From Clostridia bacterium (GTDB lineage Bacteria; Bacillota; Clostridia; TANB77; CAG-508), in the NCBI GenBank assembly GCA_045643205.1, contig JAZUKI010000003.1, positions 32,001 to 96,000 of the forward strand: DNA of 64,000 bases. The letters are read 5' to 3'. Both the position numbers and the translations under genes were made by a program. The notes beneath the pieces were generated by a model. It was not told where the DNA came from, did no database searches, and worked only from the letters and a program-made list of their open reading frames with translations. Numbering within the stretch: position 1 is the first letter of the stretch; every line of letters begins with the position of its first letter. Positions 50,505 to 60,906 of this stretch are shown piece by piece.

Positions 50505-52421
50505 ATGGAAAAGTTCGATCATGAGTATAATGCAAATCAAATTCAAGTTTTAGAAGGATTAGAAGCAGTTAGAAAAAGACCAGGTATGTATATAGGATCT
50601 GTTTCAATAAGAGGATTACATCACTTAGTTTATGAAATTGTAGATAACTGTGTTGATGAAGCATTAGCTGGATATTGTAATAGAATAGAAATTAAAATTG
50701 AACCTGGAAATATAATTTCAGTACAAGATAATGGTAGAGGTATACCAGTTGATATACACCCTAAAACACATATTTCTGCAGCTGAAACAGTTTATACAGT
50801 TTTACATGCTGGTGGAAAATTTGGTGGAGACTCTGGATATAAAGTATCTGGTGGTTTACACGGTGTTGGTTCATCAGTTGTTAATGCTTTATCTGAATGG
50901 GCTGAAGTTACAATTAAAAGAGATGGTGGAATTCATCAAATGAAATTCCAAAGAGGAAAAACAGTTGAATCATTAAAAAGAATTGGTGATTCAAAAGAAA
51001 CAGGAACTTTAGTTAGATTCTTAGCAGATAGTGAAATTTTTGAAACACTTGAATATGATTATAATGTTTTAATGGAAAGAATGAGAGAAATGGCATTCTT
51101 AACAAAAGGACTTTATATTAGTATAGAAGATTTAAGAGGAGAAACACCAGTTAAAAATGAATTTCAATACGAAGGTGGATTAAGATCATTCGTAGAATTC
51201 TTAAATCAAAAGAAAGAAACATTACACAAAGATCCAATCTATATTGAAAAAACAATTCAAGAATATCCAATAGAAATTGCATTACAATATACAACATCAT
51301 ATTCTGAAAACACATTAACATTTGTTAATAACATAAATACAATAGAAGGTGGAACACATCTTGAAGGTTTCAGAAGAGCATTAACAAAAGTATTTAATCA
51401 ATACGCAAGAGATAAAGGAATGCTTAAAGAAAAAGATGAAAATTTATCAGGTGAAGACTGTAGAGAAGGTTTAACTTGTGTAATTTCAGTAGATGTTAAA
51501 GAACCACAATTCGAAGGTCAAACAAAAACAAAATTAGGAAATTCAAATGTTGCAGGTATTGTTCAATCATTAGTATCAGATGAATTATCTGCATTCTTAG
51601 AAGAAAATCCATCAGTAGCAAAAACTATTATTGGAAAATGTGTTAATGCAAAACTTGCTAGAGACGCAGCTAAGAAAGCTAGAGAAAATATTAGAAAGAA
51701 GAGTTCATTAGAAGTAACAACATTACCTGGAAAATTAGCAGATTGCTCAAGTAAGAATGCTGATGAATGTGAAGTATACATTGTCGAGGGAGACTCTGCA
51801 GGTGGATCAGCAAAACAAGGTAGAAACAGAAAATATCAAGCAATCTTACCTCTATGGGGTAAAATGCTTAATGTTGAAAAAGCAAGAGCTGATAAAATTT
51901 ATGATAACGATAAACTAAAACCAGTTATTCAAGCTATTGGTGCTGGTATTGGAGCAAACTTTGATGTATCAAAAATTAGATATGGAAAAGTTGTAATTAT
52001 GGCTGATGCCGATGTTGATGGTGCACATATTAGAACATTATTATTAACATTCTTCTTTAGATATATGAGACCATTAATTGAACAAGGACATGTTTTCTTA
52101 GCACAACCACCACTTTACAAAGTATCTAAAAAAGGAATGAAAGATGTTTACTGTTATACAGATGAACAACTTGATAATACAATGATTGAAGTTGGAAGAG
52201 ATAATGTTTCAATTCAACGTTACAAAGGTTTAGGAGAAATGAATCCTGAACAATTATGGGAAACAACAATGGATCCTGAAAGAAGAGTTTTTGTAAAAGT
52301 TACAATGGATGATGCTGAAAAAGCAAATGAAATTTTTTCAATATTAATGGGTGATGAAATTGAACCAAGAAGAAAATTCATTGAAGAAAATGCAAAATAT
52401 GTACAAAACTTAGATATATAA
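50505..52421 (+). CDS. gyrB: DNA gyrase subunit B
   Basis: EAVRKRPGMYIG, GLHGVG, EGDSAGG, DADVDG, RYKGLGEM. Confidence 0.98.
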   Translation: MEKFDHEYNANQIQVLEGLEAVRKRPGMYIGSVSIRGLHHLVYEIVDNCVDEALAGYCNRIEIKIEPGNIISVQDNGRGIPVDIHPKTHISAAETVYTVLHAGGKFGGDSGYKVSGGLHGVGSSVVNALSEWAEVTIKRDGGIHQMKFQRGKTVESLKRIGDSKETGTLVRFLADSEIFETLEYDYNVLMERMREMAFLTKGLYISIEDLRGETPVKNEFQYEGGLRSFVEFLNQKKETLHKDPIYIEKTIQEYPIEIALQYTTSYSENTLTFVNNINTIEGGTHLEGFRRALTKVFNQYARDKGMLKEKDENLSGEDCREGLTCVISVDVKEPQFEGQTKTKLGNSNVAGIVQSLVSDELSAFLEENPSVAKTIIGKCVNAKLARDAAKKARENIRKKSSLEVTTLPGKLADCSSKNADECEVYIVEGDSAGGSAKQGRNRKYQAILPLWGKMLNVEKARADKIYDNDKLKPVIQAIGAGIGANFDVSKIRYGKVVIMADADVDGAHIRTLLLTFFFRYMRPLIEQGHVFLAQPPLYKVSKKGMKDVYCYTDEQLDNTMIEVGRDNVSIQRYKGLGEMNPEQLWETTMDPERRVFVKVTMDDAEKANEIFSILMGDEIEPRRKFIEENAKYVQNLDI

Positions 52422-52459
52422 AATTTTATTGTCGAAAAAATAAAAAAAAGAGAATACGT

Positions 52460-52493
52460 AAACTGCTTGAAAATATTGAATTTCAAGCAGTTT
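52460..52493 (+). terminator. Terminator after gyrB
   Basis: aaactgcttgaaat-attga-atttcaagcagtttt. Confidence 0.75.
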
Positions 52494-52533
52494 TATTTTA
52501 TGTTTTTTATAGAGAAAATAAGAAAGGAGATTA

Positions 52534-53064
52534 ATGTTTAATAAAAAAATAAATTCTATACAAAGTTGGTTTTATATAGATGATATTTTAGAAAACGGAA
52601 CAATACTAACAAAAGAAAATTGTAAAATAAAAATTTTAAAAGTTGAACCAATAAATTTTTTTCTTAGATCAGAAATGGAAAAGGAGGTAGTATTAAATTC
52701 ATATAAAAACATTTTTAAATCAATAGATTATGATATTCAAATTATAATTCAAAGTACAAAAGAAGATATATCAACAAACATAAATTATATAAAATCTAAA
52801 AACAAAGAAATTCTTAATCAAACCTCTAAACAGCAACAGCTGTTAAATCAATACATTGAATACATAGATAGTTTAAATCAAATAAAAAAATCTAATAATA
52901 AAAATTTCTATATAATTTTAAAAGAAAATTCTGAACAAAATTCAATAAATGAAAAAATAAATAAAATTAAAGAATTATTAGAACGTTGCGGTAATAAAAG
53001 TTCTTTAATTGAATCAAAAGATGAGTTAATAAAAATGATAGAAACGTTTTATAAAATAAAGTAA
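52534..53064 (+). CDS. VirB4-associated small protein (TrsD/TraC-N-like)
   Basis: ILKVEPINFFLRSEMEKE...YKNIF...IQIIIQS pattern resembles proteins preceding virB4 in monoderm T4SS; AAAGGAG RBS. Confidence 0.7.
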   Translation: MFNKKINSIQSWFYIDDILENGTILTKENCKIKILKVEPINFFLRSEMEKEVVLNSYKNIFKSIDYDIQIIIQSTKEDISTNINYIKSKNKEILNQTSKQQQLLNQYIEYIDSLNQIKKSNNKNFYIILKENSEQNSINEKINKIKELLERCGNKSSLIESKDELIKMIETFYKIK

Positions 53065-53085
53065 AGATAGAGAAAGGAGAAAATA

Positions 53086-54825
53086 ATAAATTTAGCTGAA
53101 GGAAAAATTAATACAATTGATTTAATCAGTCCATCATATTTTAATTTTAAAAATCCTAAAATATATGAAATAGATGGAGTTTATTTTTCACGGTTACTAG
53201 TTGTTGATTATTTAAGAGAATATAATGAATTAATTTTTAAACAATTAGTTGAAAACGATGAAAATATAAATATTTCTGTTTATTTCGAAAAACAAGATAA
53301 ATCAAAAGTTGTTAAAGATTTAACTTACAACATTTCAAATAACTCAATAGATTTTGAAAAGATAGGTGAGAGTAGGCAAGATAGTGATATTGCATCTTTT
53401 TCAATTAACGATGCTAAATATGTAAGAAAAGAAATTCAAATTAACAACGAAGAAATGTATTTTATATATACATATATTCTAACCTATGATTTAGATAAAA
53501 AAGTCTTAGAAAGAAAAATAAACACAATAGAGAGTATTTTAAAATCGAGTGGTATGGTTTCTAAAAAAGGATACTTTAGACAAGAATCAATTTTCAAATC
53601 TAGCCTCCCATTTATGAATAATGATAAAGATATAAAGAATGTAGCTAAAAGAAACATTTTAACTAGTTCTATAGGAGTTACATATCCTTTTACATTATCC
53701 ACAATTAATGACAAAAAGGGGATTTTATATGGAACAAATCTCAATAATGACAGTTTAATTTTTATAGATAGATTTGATCAAAACAAATACAAAAATTCCA
53801 ACATGTGTGTATTCGGAACTTCTGGTTCAGGAAAATCATACTTTAATAAAGTAATGATTTTAAGAAATTATTTATTAAATATAAATCAATATGTAATTGA
53901 TCCAGATAGAGAATATGGAAATTTAGTTGAAGAACTGAATGGATCATTAATAAAAATTGGACCTAGTTCAAATACATATATAAACATTTTTGACATAAGA
54001 GAAGATAGTTTAGAAAATGATCAATCTGGTTATTTACAAACTAAAATTTCAAAACTAATGGCCTTTTTTAAATTAATATTTAGTGAAATAAGCGAAGATG
54101 AAAAAGGTTATTTAGAATCAAGAATTATAAAAACTTACGAAGAAAAAAATATAACTTTTGATGATAAATCTTTATATAGAAAAGATAATTTTAAAACTAC
54201 AAATGATATGCCAATTTTTGAAGATTTATATAATAATCTAGATTATAAATATCAGGTAAAATTACTTCCATTTGTAAAAGGTTCACTTAAATTTTTTAAT
54301 AATTATACAAATATAAAATTGGATAATAACCTAATAGTAGGCGATGTATATGAGTTAGGTGAAGAAAATTTAAAATATGGAATGTTTATTTTTACTGATT
54401 TGTTTTGGGACAAAATTAAAAGTAATCGTAATGAAAATAAAATTATTTATATGGATGAAGTTTGGAAATTAATTGGCATAACATCAAATAAGGAAGTTGC
54501 TAGTTTTATATATAAGATTTTTAAAACTATAAGAAAATATGGTGGAAGTGCAGTAGCAATTACACAAGACATTTCAGATATGTTTAGTTTACAAGATGGA
54601 GCATTCGGAAAGAGTCTTCTAAATAATTCAGAATTTAAAGCATTTTTTAATATGGAAGAAGAAAATATAAAAATACTAAGTGAAAACATTAATTTAAATG
54701 ACAAGGAAAAAATAAAAATTAAAGCATTAAATAAAGGTGAATCATTATTATTTATTGGACCAAATCATGTAATTTCAAAAATTGATTCATCAGAATATGA
54801 AAAAAATATTATTAATAAAAACTAA
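53086..54825 (+). CDS. VirB4-like T4SS ATPase (frame open from 53071; probable ATA start, 579 aa)
   Basis: YPF, NSNMCVFGTSGSGKS, IDPDREY, INIFD, MDEVW, IRKYGG, ITQD; 123 extra sense codons upstream of the track ATG 53455. Confidence 0.88.
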   Translation: MNLAEGKINTIDLISPSYFNFKNPKIYEIDGVYFSRLLVVDYLREYNELIFKQLVENDENINISVYFEKQDKSKVVKDLTYNISNNSIDFEKIGESRQDSDIASFSINDAKYVRKEIQINNEEMYFIYTYILTYDLDKKVLERKINTIESILKSSGMVSKKGYFRQESIFKSSLPFMNNDKDIKNVAKRNILTSSIGVTYPFTLSTINDKKGILYGTNLNNDSLIFIDRFDQNKYKNSNMCVFGTSGSGKSYFNKVMILRNYLLNINQYVIDPDREYGNLVEELNGSLIKIGPSSNTYINIFDIREDSLENDQSGYLQTKISKLMAFFKLIFSEISEDEKGYLESRIIKTYEEKNITFDDKSLYRKDNFKTTNDMPIFEDLYNNLDYKYQVKLLPFVKGSLKFFNNYTNIKLDNNLIVGDVYELGEENLKYGMFIFTDLFWDKIKSNRNENKIIYMDEVWKLIGITSNKEVASFIYKIFKTIRKYGGSAVAITQDISDMFSLQDGAFGKSLLNNSEFKAFFNMEEENIKILSENINLNDKEKIKIKALNKGESLLFIGPNHVISKIDSSEYEKNIINKN

Positions 54826-54840
54826 CTTAAGGAGGACAAA

Positions 54841-55674
54841 ATGAGTATGGATATAGCAACAAATGATTATTTAAGTAGTGTAAATAATTCTAATAATATA
54901 ATAAATTCAATTAATAATTTAACTAATAGTTTAACTAATGGTTTAAGTAGTAATTTAAATAATAGTCTAACCAACAGTTTAACGAACAATATAACTAATA
55001 GTACAGATTTAGCAAATAAACAAAATAGTTTTCTTCAATCAAATTTATGGAAAGTTGTAAATACAGGTATTGATAGTGGAATAAGAGCATTACTTCCAGA
55101 TTTTTTAGAAGATTCTGTAATAGGAATTAAAGATGCATTAGTAAATAATGGACTACAAGGTGGAATTCAAAAAGCAATTGATATAGCAAAAAACATGACA
55201 GCAACATCTGGAATAATGGAGAGTGCATATCAAAGTATTACACAAATATATAACTCTTTAAAAAACGGAAATTTAATAGGAGAACTTGGTGAAGCAATAA
55301 GTAATTCAATTAATAGTGCAAGTAAGAATAATGAAATAAATGCAGATGTTTCAACCACATTAACAAATGGTGCACAAACTATAATGGATAACATAGAAGC
55401 TAATATAAAAGAAGATTTTAACGATCAACTTAATTCATTAGAAAAGTTAAATAAATATAATAATAATTGGAAAGAATATTTTGAACAAAAAGATTTTACC
55501 GGAATGGAAAAAGAATATAAAAAGATGCAAACTGTTTTAAAGAAAATAATGCCAACAGAAAATACATTAAAACAGGCAAGAATCATAGAAAATTTGCACA
55601 ATTTAATTAAAAATAACAATAAAAATTTTAATATTTCAGAGGAAGAAATTCAGCTTGCACAAAAGTTAGCATAG
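54841..55674 (+). CDS. Asn/Ser-rich helical hypothetical protein co-transcribed with virB4
   Basis: AGGAGG RBS, 15 nt after the virB4 stop. Confidence 0.8.
   Translation: MSMDIATNDYLSSVNNSNNIINSINNLTNSLTNGLSSNLNNSLTNSLTNNITNSTDLANKQNSFLQSNLWKVVNTGIDSGIRALLPDFLEDSVIGIKDALVNNGLQGGIQKAIDIAKNMTATSGIMESAYQSITQIYNSLKNGNLIGELGEAISNSINSASKNNEINADVSTTLTNGAQTIMDNIEANIKEDFNDQLNSLEKLNKYNNNWKEYFEQKDFTGMEKEYKKMQTVLKKIMPTENTLKQARIIENLHNLIKNNNKNFNISEEEIQLAQKLA
54913..55002 (+). repeat. Degenerate 12-bp coding tandem repeat (N-S-L-T)n
   Basis: aataatttaact/aatagtttaact/aatggtttaagt/agtaatttaaat/aatagtctaacc/aacagtttaacg/aacaatataact. Confidence 0.8.
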
Positions 55675-55765
55675 ACTAAAAAATTATGTAAATTTAAGCA
55701 TAAAATTTTGATGCAAAAAATGCCTGAAAATAGCGAAAAAACAAGTAAAAAAAGCATATTTTTTC

Positions 55766-55794
55766 TTGCATTTTAAAGTGCATTTTAGTATAAT
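55766..55794 (+). promoter_or_regulatory. Separate SigA promoter for gyrA
   Basis: TTGCAT-17-TATAAT. Confidence 0.75.
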
Positions 55795-55827
55795 AAATGC
55801 GTGTAAAATACAAGAAAAGAGGTATTT

Positions 55828-58326
55828 ATGAGCGACGAGAAAAAAGAAGAAGTATGGTCTGATGGAAAGATCATTAACAGAGAAATTGTTAATGAAATGA
55901 AAACAGCATATATCGACTATGCAATGAGTGTTATAGTACAACGTGCTTTACCAGATGTAAGAGATGGTTTAAAACCAGTTCATAGACGTATTCTATATAC
56001 AATGTATGAAGATGGTTTAACAACAGAGAAACCTTATAGAAAATCTGCTACTACAGTAGGTGACGTTTTAGGTAGATATCATCCACATGGTGATGCATCA
56101 GTTTATGATGCAATGGTTAGATTAGCACAAGATTTTACAATGAGATATCCATTAATTGATGGACACGGAAACTTTGGTTCTATCGATGGTGATGGAGCTG
56201 CTGCTTACCGTTACACTGAAGCTAGAATGTCTAAAATTGCAGAACAAATGCTTCAAGATATAGAGAAAAACACTGTTGATTTTATGCCTAACTTTGATGG
56301 TATAAGACAAGAACCAACAGTTTTACCAAATAGATTCCCTGCATTATTAGTAAATGGATCTTCAGGAATTGCAGTAGGTATGGCTACTAATGTTCCACCA
56401 CACAACTTAAAAGAAATTTTAAATGCAGTTGTTAAGATGGTTGAATGTAGAGAAGAAGATACTGAAATAGCAGATGAAGATTTATTAAAAATAGTTAAAG
56501 GACCTGATTTCCCAACAGGAGCTACAATTCTAGGAAAAGAAGGAATTAGAGAAGCATACTTAACAGGTAAGGGTAAAATTGTTCAAAGAGCAGAAGCTGA
56601 AATTGAAGAGATGGCAGGCAATAGACAAAAAATAGTTATTACATCTTTACCATACCAAGTTAATAAAGCTAAGTTAATAGTTGATATTAATAATTTAGCT
56701 AAAGACAAGAAAGTTGAAGGAATCTCTGAAGTAAGAGATGAATCAGATAGAGAAGAAAAAGTTAGAGTTGTTGTAGAGCTAAAGAGAGATGCAAATGCAC
56801 AAGTTGTTTTAAATAGACTTTACAAAAATACTCAAATGCAAAACTCATTTGGTGTTATCATACTTGCTTTAGTTGATAATGTTCCTAAGATTTTAACTTT
56901 AAAACAATGTTTAGATTATTACATTGATCATAGAAGAGAAGTTATTAAGAGAAGAACAAAATTTGACTTAGACAAAGCTTTAGCTAGAGCTCATATTTTA
57001 GAAGGTTTAAGAATTGCTATTGATAATATTGATGAAGTAATCAAAATTATTAGAGCATCATATGACGATCCAAAAGAAAGATTAATGGAAAGATTCGGAC
57101 TTGATGATGTTCAAGCACAAGCAATCTTAGATATGCAATTACGTAGATTATCTGGATTACAACGTGAGAAAATTGAAGAAGAATATAAACAATTAATGGA
57201 ATTAATCGAACACTTAAGAGCAATCTTAGCTGATGAAAAACTTGTTTATAATATAATCAAAGAAGAATCATTAGAAACAATTGAAAAATTCGGAGATGAT
57301 AGATTAACTAAAATCGTAAGAGCACAAGGCGAATTCGATGAAGAAGATTTAATCAAGGAAGAAGAAACAATAATTTCTTTAACACACTTTGGATATATTA
57401 AGAGAGTTCCTCTTGATACATATAGAAGCCAAAAACGTGGAGGAAAAGGAATTGCAGGATTAACAACTCGTGAAGAAGACTTTGTAAAACAAATTTTCAA
57501 AGCTTCAACACATGATACAATTTTATTCTTTAGTAATAAAGGTAAAATGTACAGATTAAGAGGTTTTGATATTCCTGAAGGTGGAAGAACAGCTAAAGGA
57601 ACTGCTATTGTTAATTTATTAGCATTAGAACCAGGTGAAAAAATAACAGCAGTTATTCCATTGAAATCATTTGAAGATAGTGAATTTTTATTAATGGCAA
57701 CACGTTCTGGTTTAATTAAGAAAACACCATTAAAAGAATATGACTCTGGTAAGAAAACAGGATTAATTGCAATCAATTTAAAAGAAGAAAATGATGAATT
57801 AATTGATGTTAGATTAACAGATGGAAACAACGATGTAGTACTTGTTACAAGAAAAGGTATTTGTATAACATTCAGTGAAAAAGATGTTCGTCCAGTTGGA
57901 AGAACAGCACAAGGTGTTATTGGAATTAGACTTGATTCAGACGACTATGTTATTGGTATGGAAAAGATTTACGATAGAAAGAATGGAACATTATTATCAA
58001 TAACAGAAAACGGATTTGGAAAGAGAACAGAACTTGAAGAATACAGAGTACAAACTAGAGGTGGAAAGGGTGTAATTACATACAAGATTACTCCTAAAAC
58101 TGGTGAAATAGTTGGAATTAGAATTTGTGATGACAGATATGATGTAATGATGATTACAGATACTGGTACAGTAATTAGAATTCCAGCAAAAGATGTTTCT
58201 ATCTTAGGAAGAAATACTCAAGGTGTAACATTAATGAGAACAAATGATGGAGGAAAGATTGTAAGTATTGAAACAATTTCTCCAGATGAAGAAGAAAATG
58301 TTGCTAATGATGAATCTGAAAATTAA
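55828..58326 (+). CDS. gyrA: DNA gyrase subunit A
   Basis: RALPDVRDGLKPVHRR, YHPHGD, RYTE, GyrA-box QKRGGKG. Confidence 0.98.
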   Translation: MSDEKKEEVWSDGKIINREIVNEMKTAYIDYAMSVIVQRALPDVRDGLKPVHRRILYTMYEDGLTTEKPYRKSATTVGDVLGRYHPHGDASVYDAMVRLAQDFTMRYPLIDGHGNFGSIDGDGAAAYRYTEARMSKIAEQMLQDIEKNTVDFMPNFDGIRQEPTVLPNRFPALLVNGSSGIAVGMATNVPPHNLKEILNAVVKMVECREEDTEIADEDLLKIVKGPDFPTGATILGKEGIREAYLTGKGKIVQRAEAEIEEMAGNRQKIVITSLPYQVNKAKLIVDINNLAKDKKVEGISEVRDESDREEKVRVVVELKRDANAQVVLNRLYKNTQMQNSFGVIILALVDNVPKILTLKQCLDYYIDHRREVIKRRTKFDLDKALARAHILEGLRIAIDNIDEVIKIIRASYDDPKERLMERFGLDDVQAQAILDMQLRRLSGLQREKIEEEYKQLMELIEHLRAILADEKLVYNIIKEESLETIEKFGDDRLTKIVRAQGEFDEEDLIKEEETIISLTHFGYIKRVPLDTYRSQKRGGKGIAGLTTREEDFVKQIFKASTHDTILFFSNKGKMYRLRGFDIPEGGRTAKGTAIVNLLALEPGEKITAVIPLKSFEDSEFLLMATRSGLIKKTPLKEYDSGKKTGLIAINLKEENDELIDVRLTDGNNDVVLVTRKGICITFSEKDVRPVGRTAQGVIGIRLDSDDYVIGMEKIYDRKNGTLLSITENGFGKRTELEEYRVQTRGGKGVITYKITPKTGEIVGIRICDDRYDVMMITDTGTVIRIPAKDVSILGRNTQGVTLMRTNDGGKIVSIETISPDEEENVANDESEN

Positions 58327-58360
58327 TTAACAGAAGCAACTAACAAAAAATTAATAAATA

Positions 58361-58396
58361 AAAAATAAGAGAAGATAAATCTTCTCTTATTTTTTT
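58361..58396. terminator. Bidirectional terminator
   Basis: aaaaataagagaaga-taaa-tcttctcttattttt. Confidence 0.8.
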
Positions 58397-58452
58397 ACTC
58401 TTTTTTATTTGTGAATATTTTTAGGTTTAATCCATTAAATATTACCTCTTTT

Positions 58453-59448
58453 TTATTTTTTTAATTTCTTTTGAATTCTTATATCATCACCATAGAACAA
58501 ACAACAATCATAATTACTAATTAATCTAGATGTTATTCTTTCTTCATATATAGCATTTAGATCATCTAATGAAAGGTTTGTTGAAATAATGGTTTTAGTT
58601 ATCTTATTGTTTTGATTTAAAATTCTAGAATTAATAATATTAAAAATTTCAGTGTTCTTTAAAGAATTAACTGCTTCTGTTCCTAAATCATCTATAATTA
58701 ATAAATCAGCATTAAGAATAGCATCAAAAACATTTTTATTTGATTTGCCAAATTTATAGTCAAGAATTTGATCTAACATAAGTGGTGCTGTTTGATATAA
58801 AACAACCTTACCTTCTTTAATCATTTCATTAGCAATGCATGAAGAAAGAAATGTTTTTCCTAATCCAGTACTACCACAAAATAAAAGATTATTTGTTTTT
58901 ACATCATCAAAATTATCTATAAAGTTATGACAAGTTTTAACTATTTTTTCAATGTTTTTTCTAGGTGCAACCTTAGTTCCATATCTTTCTTTATCAGCTT
59001 CATTTGAATAATAATCCAGAATAAATTTATCAAAATTCTGATTTTCTAAATCATAAATATTTGAATTATTATAAGCTATATTATATAAGTGTTGCTTAAT
59101 ACATGAGCATAATTCTTGTTTACCATCTAAATTAATATATCCTGTATCACTACATTTTTTGCACTCATATTCAGGATCTAAATAATGAATGTCATAACCA
59201 TTATCTTTAAGAATTTGGTTCTTTTTTGATGTGTTATCTTTTAAATTTTTTGATAATGTTTTATCTGTATTTCCAGAGTTAAGAGATTTAATAATAGAAT
59301 CTAAAGCATAAATATTAGAATCCTCTTCTAGCTTAGCTAATTCAGGAATTTTTTTATATAACTCTTGCTTCTTTTTTAAAGCCTTTGCTTCAGCTAAATT
59401 TCTTTTTTGCTCATATTCTTTTAAAAGAGTTTTTAAGTTAGCATCCAT
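58453..59448 (-). CDS. DnaC/DnaI-like helicase-loader ATPase
   Basis: CKKCSDTG...CSC zinc site, GSTGLGKT, LIIDDLG, STNL, RITSR. Confidence 0.9.
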   Translation of the reverse strand: MDANLKTLLKEYEQKRNLAEAKALKKKQELYKKIPELAKLEEDSNIYALDSIIKSLNSGNTDKTLSKNLKDNTSKKNQILKDNGYDIHYLDPEYECKKCSDTGYINLDGKQELCSCIKQHLYNIAYNNSNIYDLENQNFDKFILDYYSNEADKERYGTKVAPRKNIEKIVKTCHNFIDNFDDVKTNNLLFCGSTGLGKTFLSSCIANEMIKEGKVVLYQTAPLMLDQILDYKFGKSNKNVFDAILNADLLIIDDLGTEAVNSLKNTEIFNIINSRILNQNNKITKTIISTNLSLDDLNAIYEERITSRLISNYDCCLFYGDDIRIQKKLKK

Positions 59449-59477
59449 ATTATCACCTCTTTGTATCAGTTTTGAAA

Positions 59478-60446
59478 CTATTCTTCTTCATCAGCATTTA
59501 CATAGAAATCACTTAAATTTGAATAGTTATGTTTTATAAATTTAGAATCTTTATTTTGCTTTGTATCTTTTTGAACAGGTATTGATTTCTTATCATCTAA
59601 ATATTTTTTAATTTGATCAGCTGTTTTGAAATTTCTCTCATGCCAATCAGAAATTAATTTATCAAGATATTCAAATGAAGGATTTGATTTTGAAGTTGTT
59701 TTTCTTAAAGCTAAATCAATTATATCTGAATTATATCCATACGTTACAGTCCATTTTTCAACATAAGATTCTTCAAACATAGATAAATTACGAGTTAATC
59801 TTAACTTCTTTTTAATATCTTTAATTTGAATATTTAACTTTTCTTGTTTTTGGAAGTAAGCATCTAAATCAGAAAAACTTTGAATTTTGCTTTTGTTCCA
59901 AGCACTCGCAACCGTAGCAACATAGTTTCTATTTAATGCAGAACGATTGAAACAATATCTAAATAATGCAATCATTACTTCTTCATCAAAGTTATATTTT
60001 TTAAACCAAAGATCAATATCACCATACCAACTTGGAGACATAACTCCTTGAAAGAACTCATTATTGATAGCTGTAATTGCTTTTGATCTAATCTTATTAT
60101 CAGAAATAGCTTTCATATTTTCTGGAGACAATGAAACTTTTGGTTTGTACAATTTTTGAATTTCTACTTCTAATATATTAGTTAAAACAAAACCTTGACC
60201 TTTTCTATTTAAAAGACCTTGTTCTTCCCAATACTTTAAAGCATCTTGAATTGTTTTTAAAGGCAATTCTAGTTTTTTTGCCAAATCATTAATCTTCAAG
60301 TCATTGTTATACTTTGAAATGAAATATAAGTACATATAAACTTTAACAAAATCACCATTAGCTTGAGAAAGATATTCAGTAAAGAATAAATCAGAAACAG
60401 AAGTTGATGATGAAATTAAAGAAGATTCGCCTTGTTCGATTTTCAT
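59478..60446 (-). CDS. DnaD-domain replication protein
   Basis: N-terminal winged helix (ALKYW) and two DnaD domains (YVATVASAW; YLDKLISDW); paired with the loader. Confidence 0.88.
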   Translation of the reverse strand: MKIEQGESSLISSSTSVSDLFFTEYLSQANGDFVKVYMYLYFISKYNNDLKINDLAKKLELPLKTIQDALKYWEEQGLLNRKGQGFVLTNILEVEIQKLYKPKVSLSPENMKAISDNKIRSKAITAINNEFFQGVMSPSWYGDIDLWFKKYNFDEEVMIALFRYCFNRSALNRNYVATVASAWNKSKIQSFSDLDAYFQKQEKLNIQIKDIKKKLRLTRNLSMFEESYVEKWTVTYGYNSDIIDLALRKTTSKSNPSFEYLDKLISDWHERNFKTADQIKKYLDDKKSIPVQKDTKQNKDSKFIKHNYSNLSDFYVNADEEE

Positions 60447-60615
60447 TGTTTGACCTCCAAGTGTTTTCTAAAAACTATTCAAATAGATTTTTACTATTAA
60501 AAACAGATTTTTAGTGTTTGTATTATATCATCTACAAGGTCAATTTACAACAAAAAAGTAAAGTTGACAAGTTTACATAAGTAAACTATTTTTCAAATTA
60601 TTTATGTGTGAAACA

Positions 60616-60894
60616 CTATACATATAGATAAATTTTAGGTTTAATTAAGAATTTTAGAACATAATAAATCTGATAAACAAGACTTTCTTTTTGACTTTCA
60701 ACTAAAGTTATTAACAAAAGTGGTAAATACAAAATAATAACAACAGCAGTTTTCCCCAATATATCAGTAAAAAGTGGAGAAAGACCTGTCCAAAGTAAAA
60801 ATAAAACTATTAAATTAAAAATTGCAGTTGGATAATCTATTACACCTAAGATTTTAAGATGATAATTATAATTTTTAGGAATGATAAATTTCAT
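60616..60894 (-). CDS. VirB3/PrgI-like small membrane protein
   Basis: MKFIIPKNY...KILG, two TM helices, basic C-terminus; follows the virB6-like gene. Confidence 0.6.
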   Translation of the reverse strand: MKFIIPKNYNYHLKILGVIDYPTAIFNLIVLFLLWTGLSPLFTDILGKTAVVIILYLPLLLITLVESQKESLVYQIYYVLKFLIKPKIYLYV

Positions 60895-60906
60895 GATAAT
60901 CCTTTC

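Noticed and set aside
58453-59448. IS21 IstB helper or phage replication module
   Set aside because: There is no IstA transposase or phage gene nearby, and the zinc-binding N-terminus with a dnaD partner fits the chromosomal loader pair.
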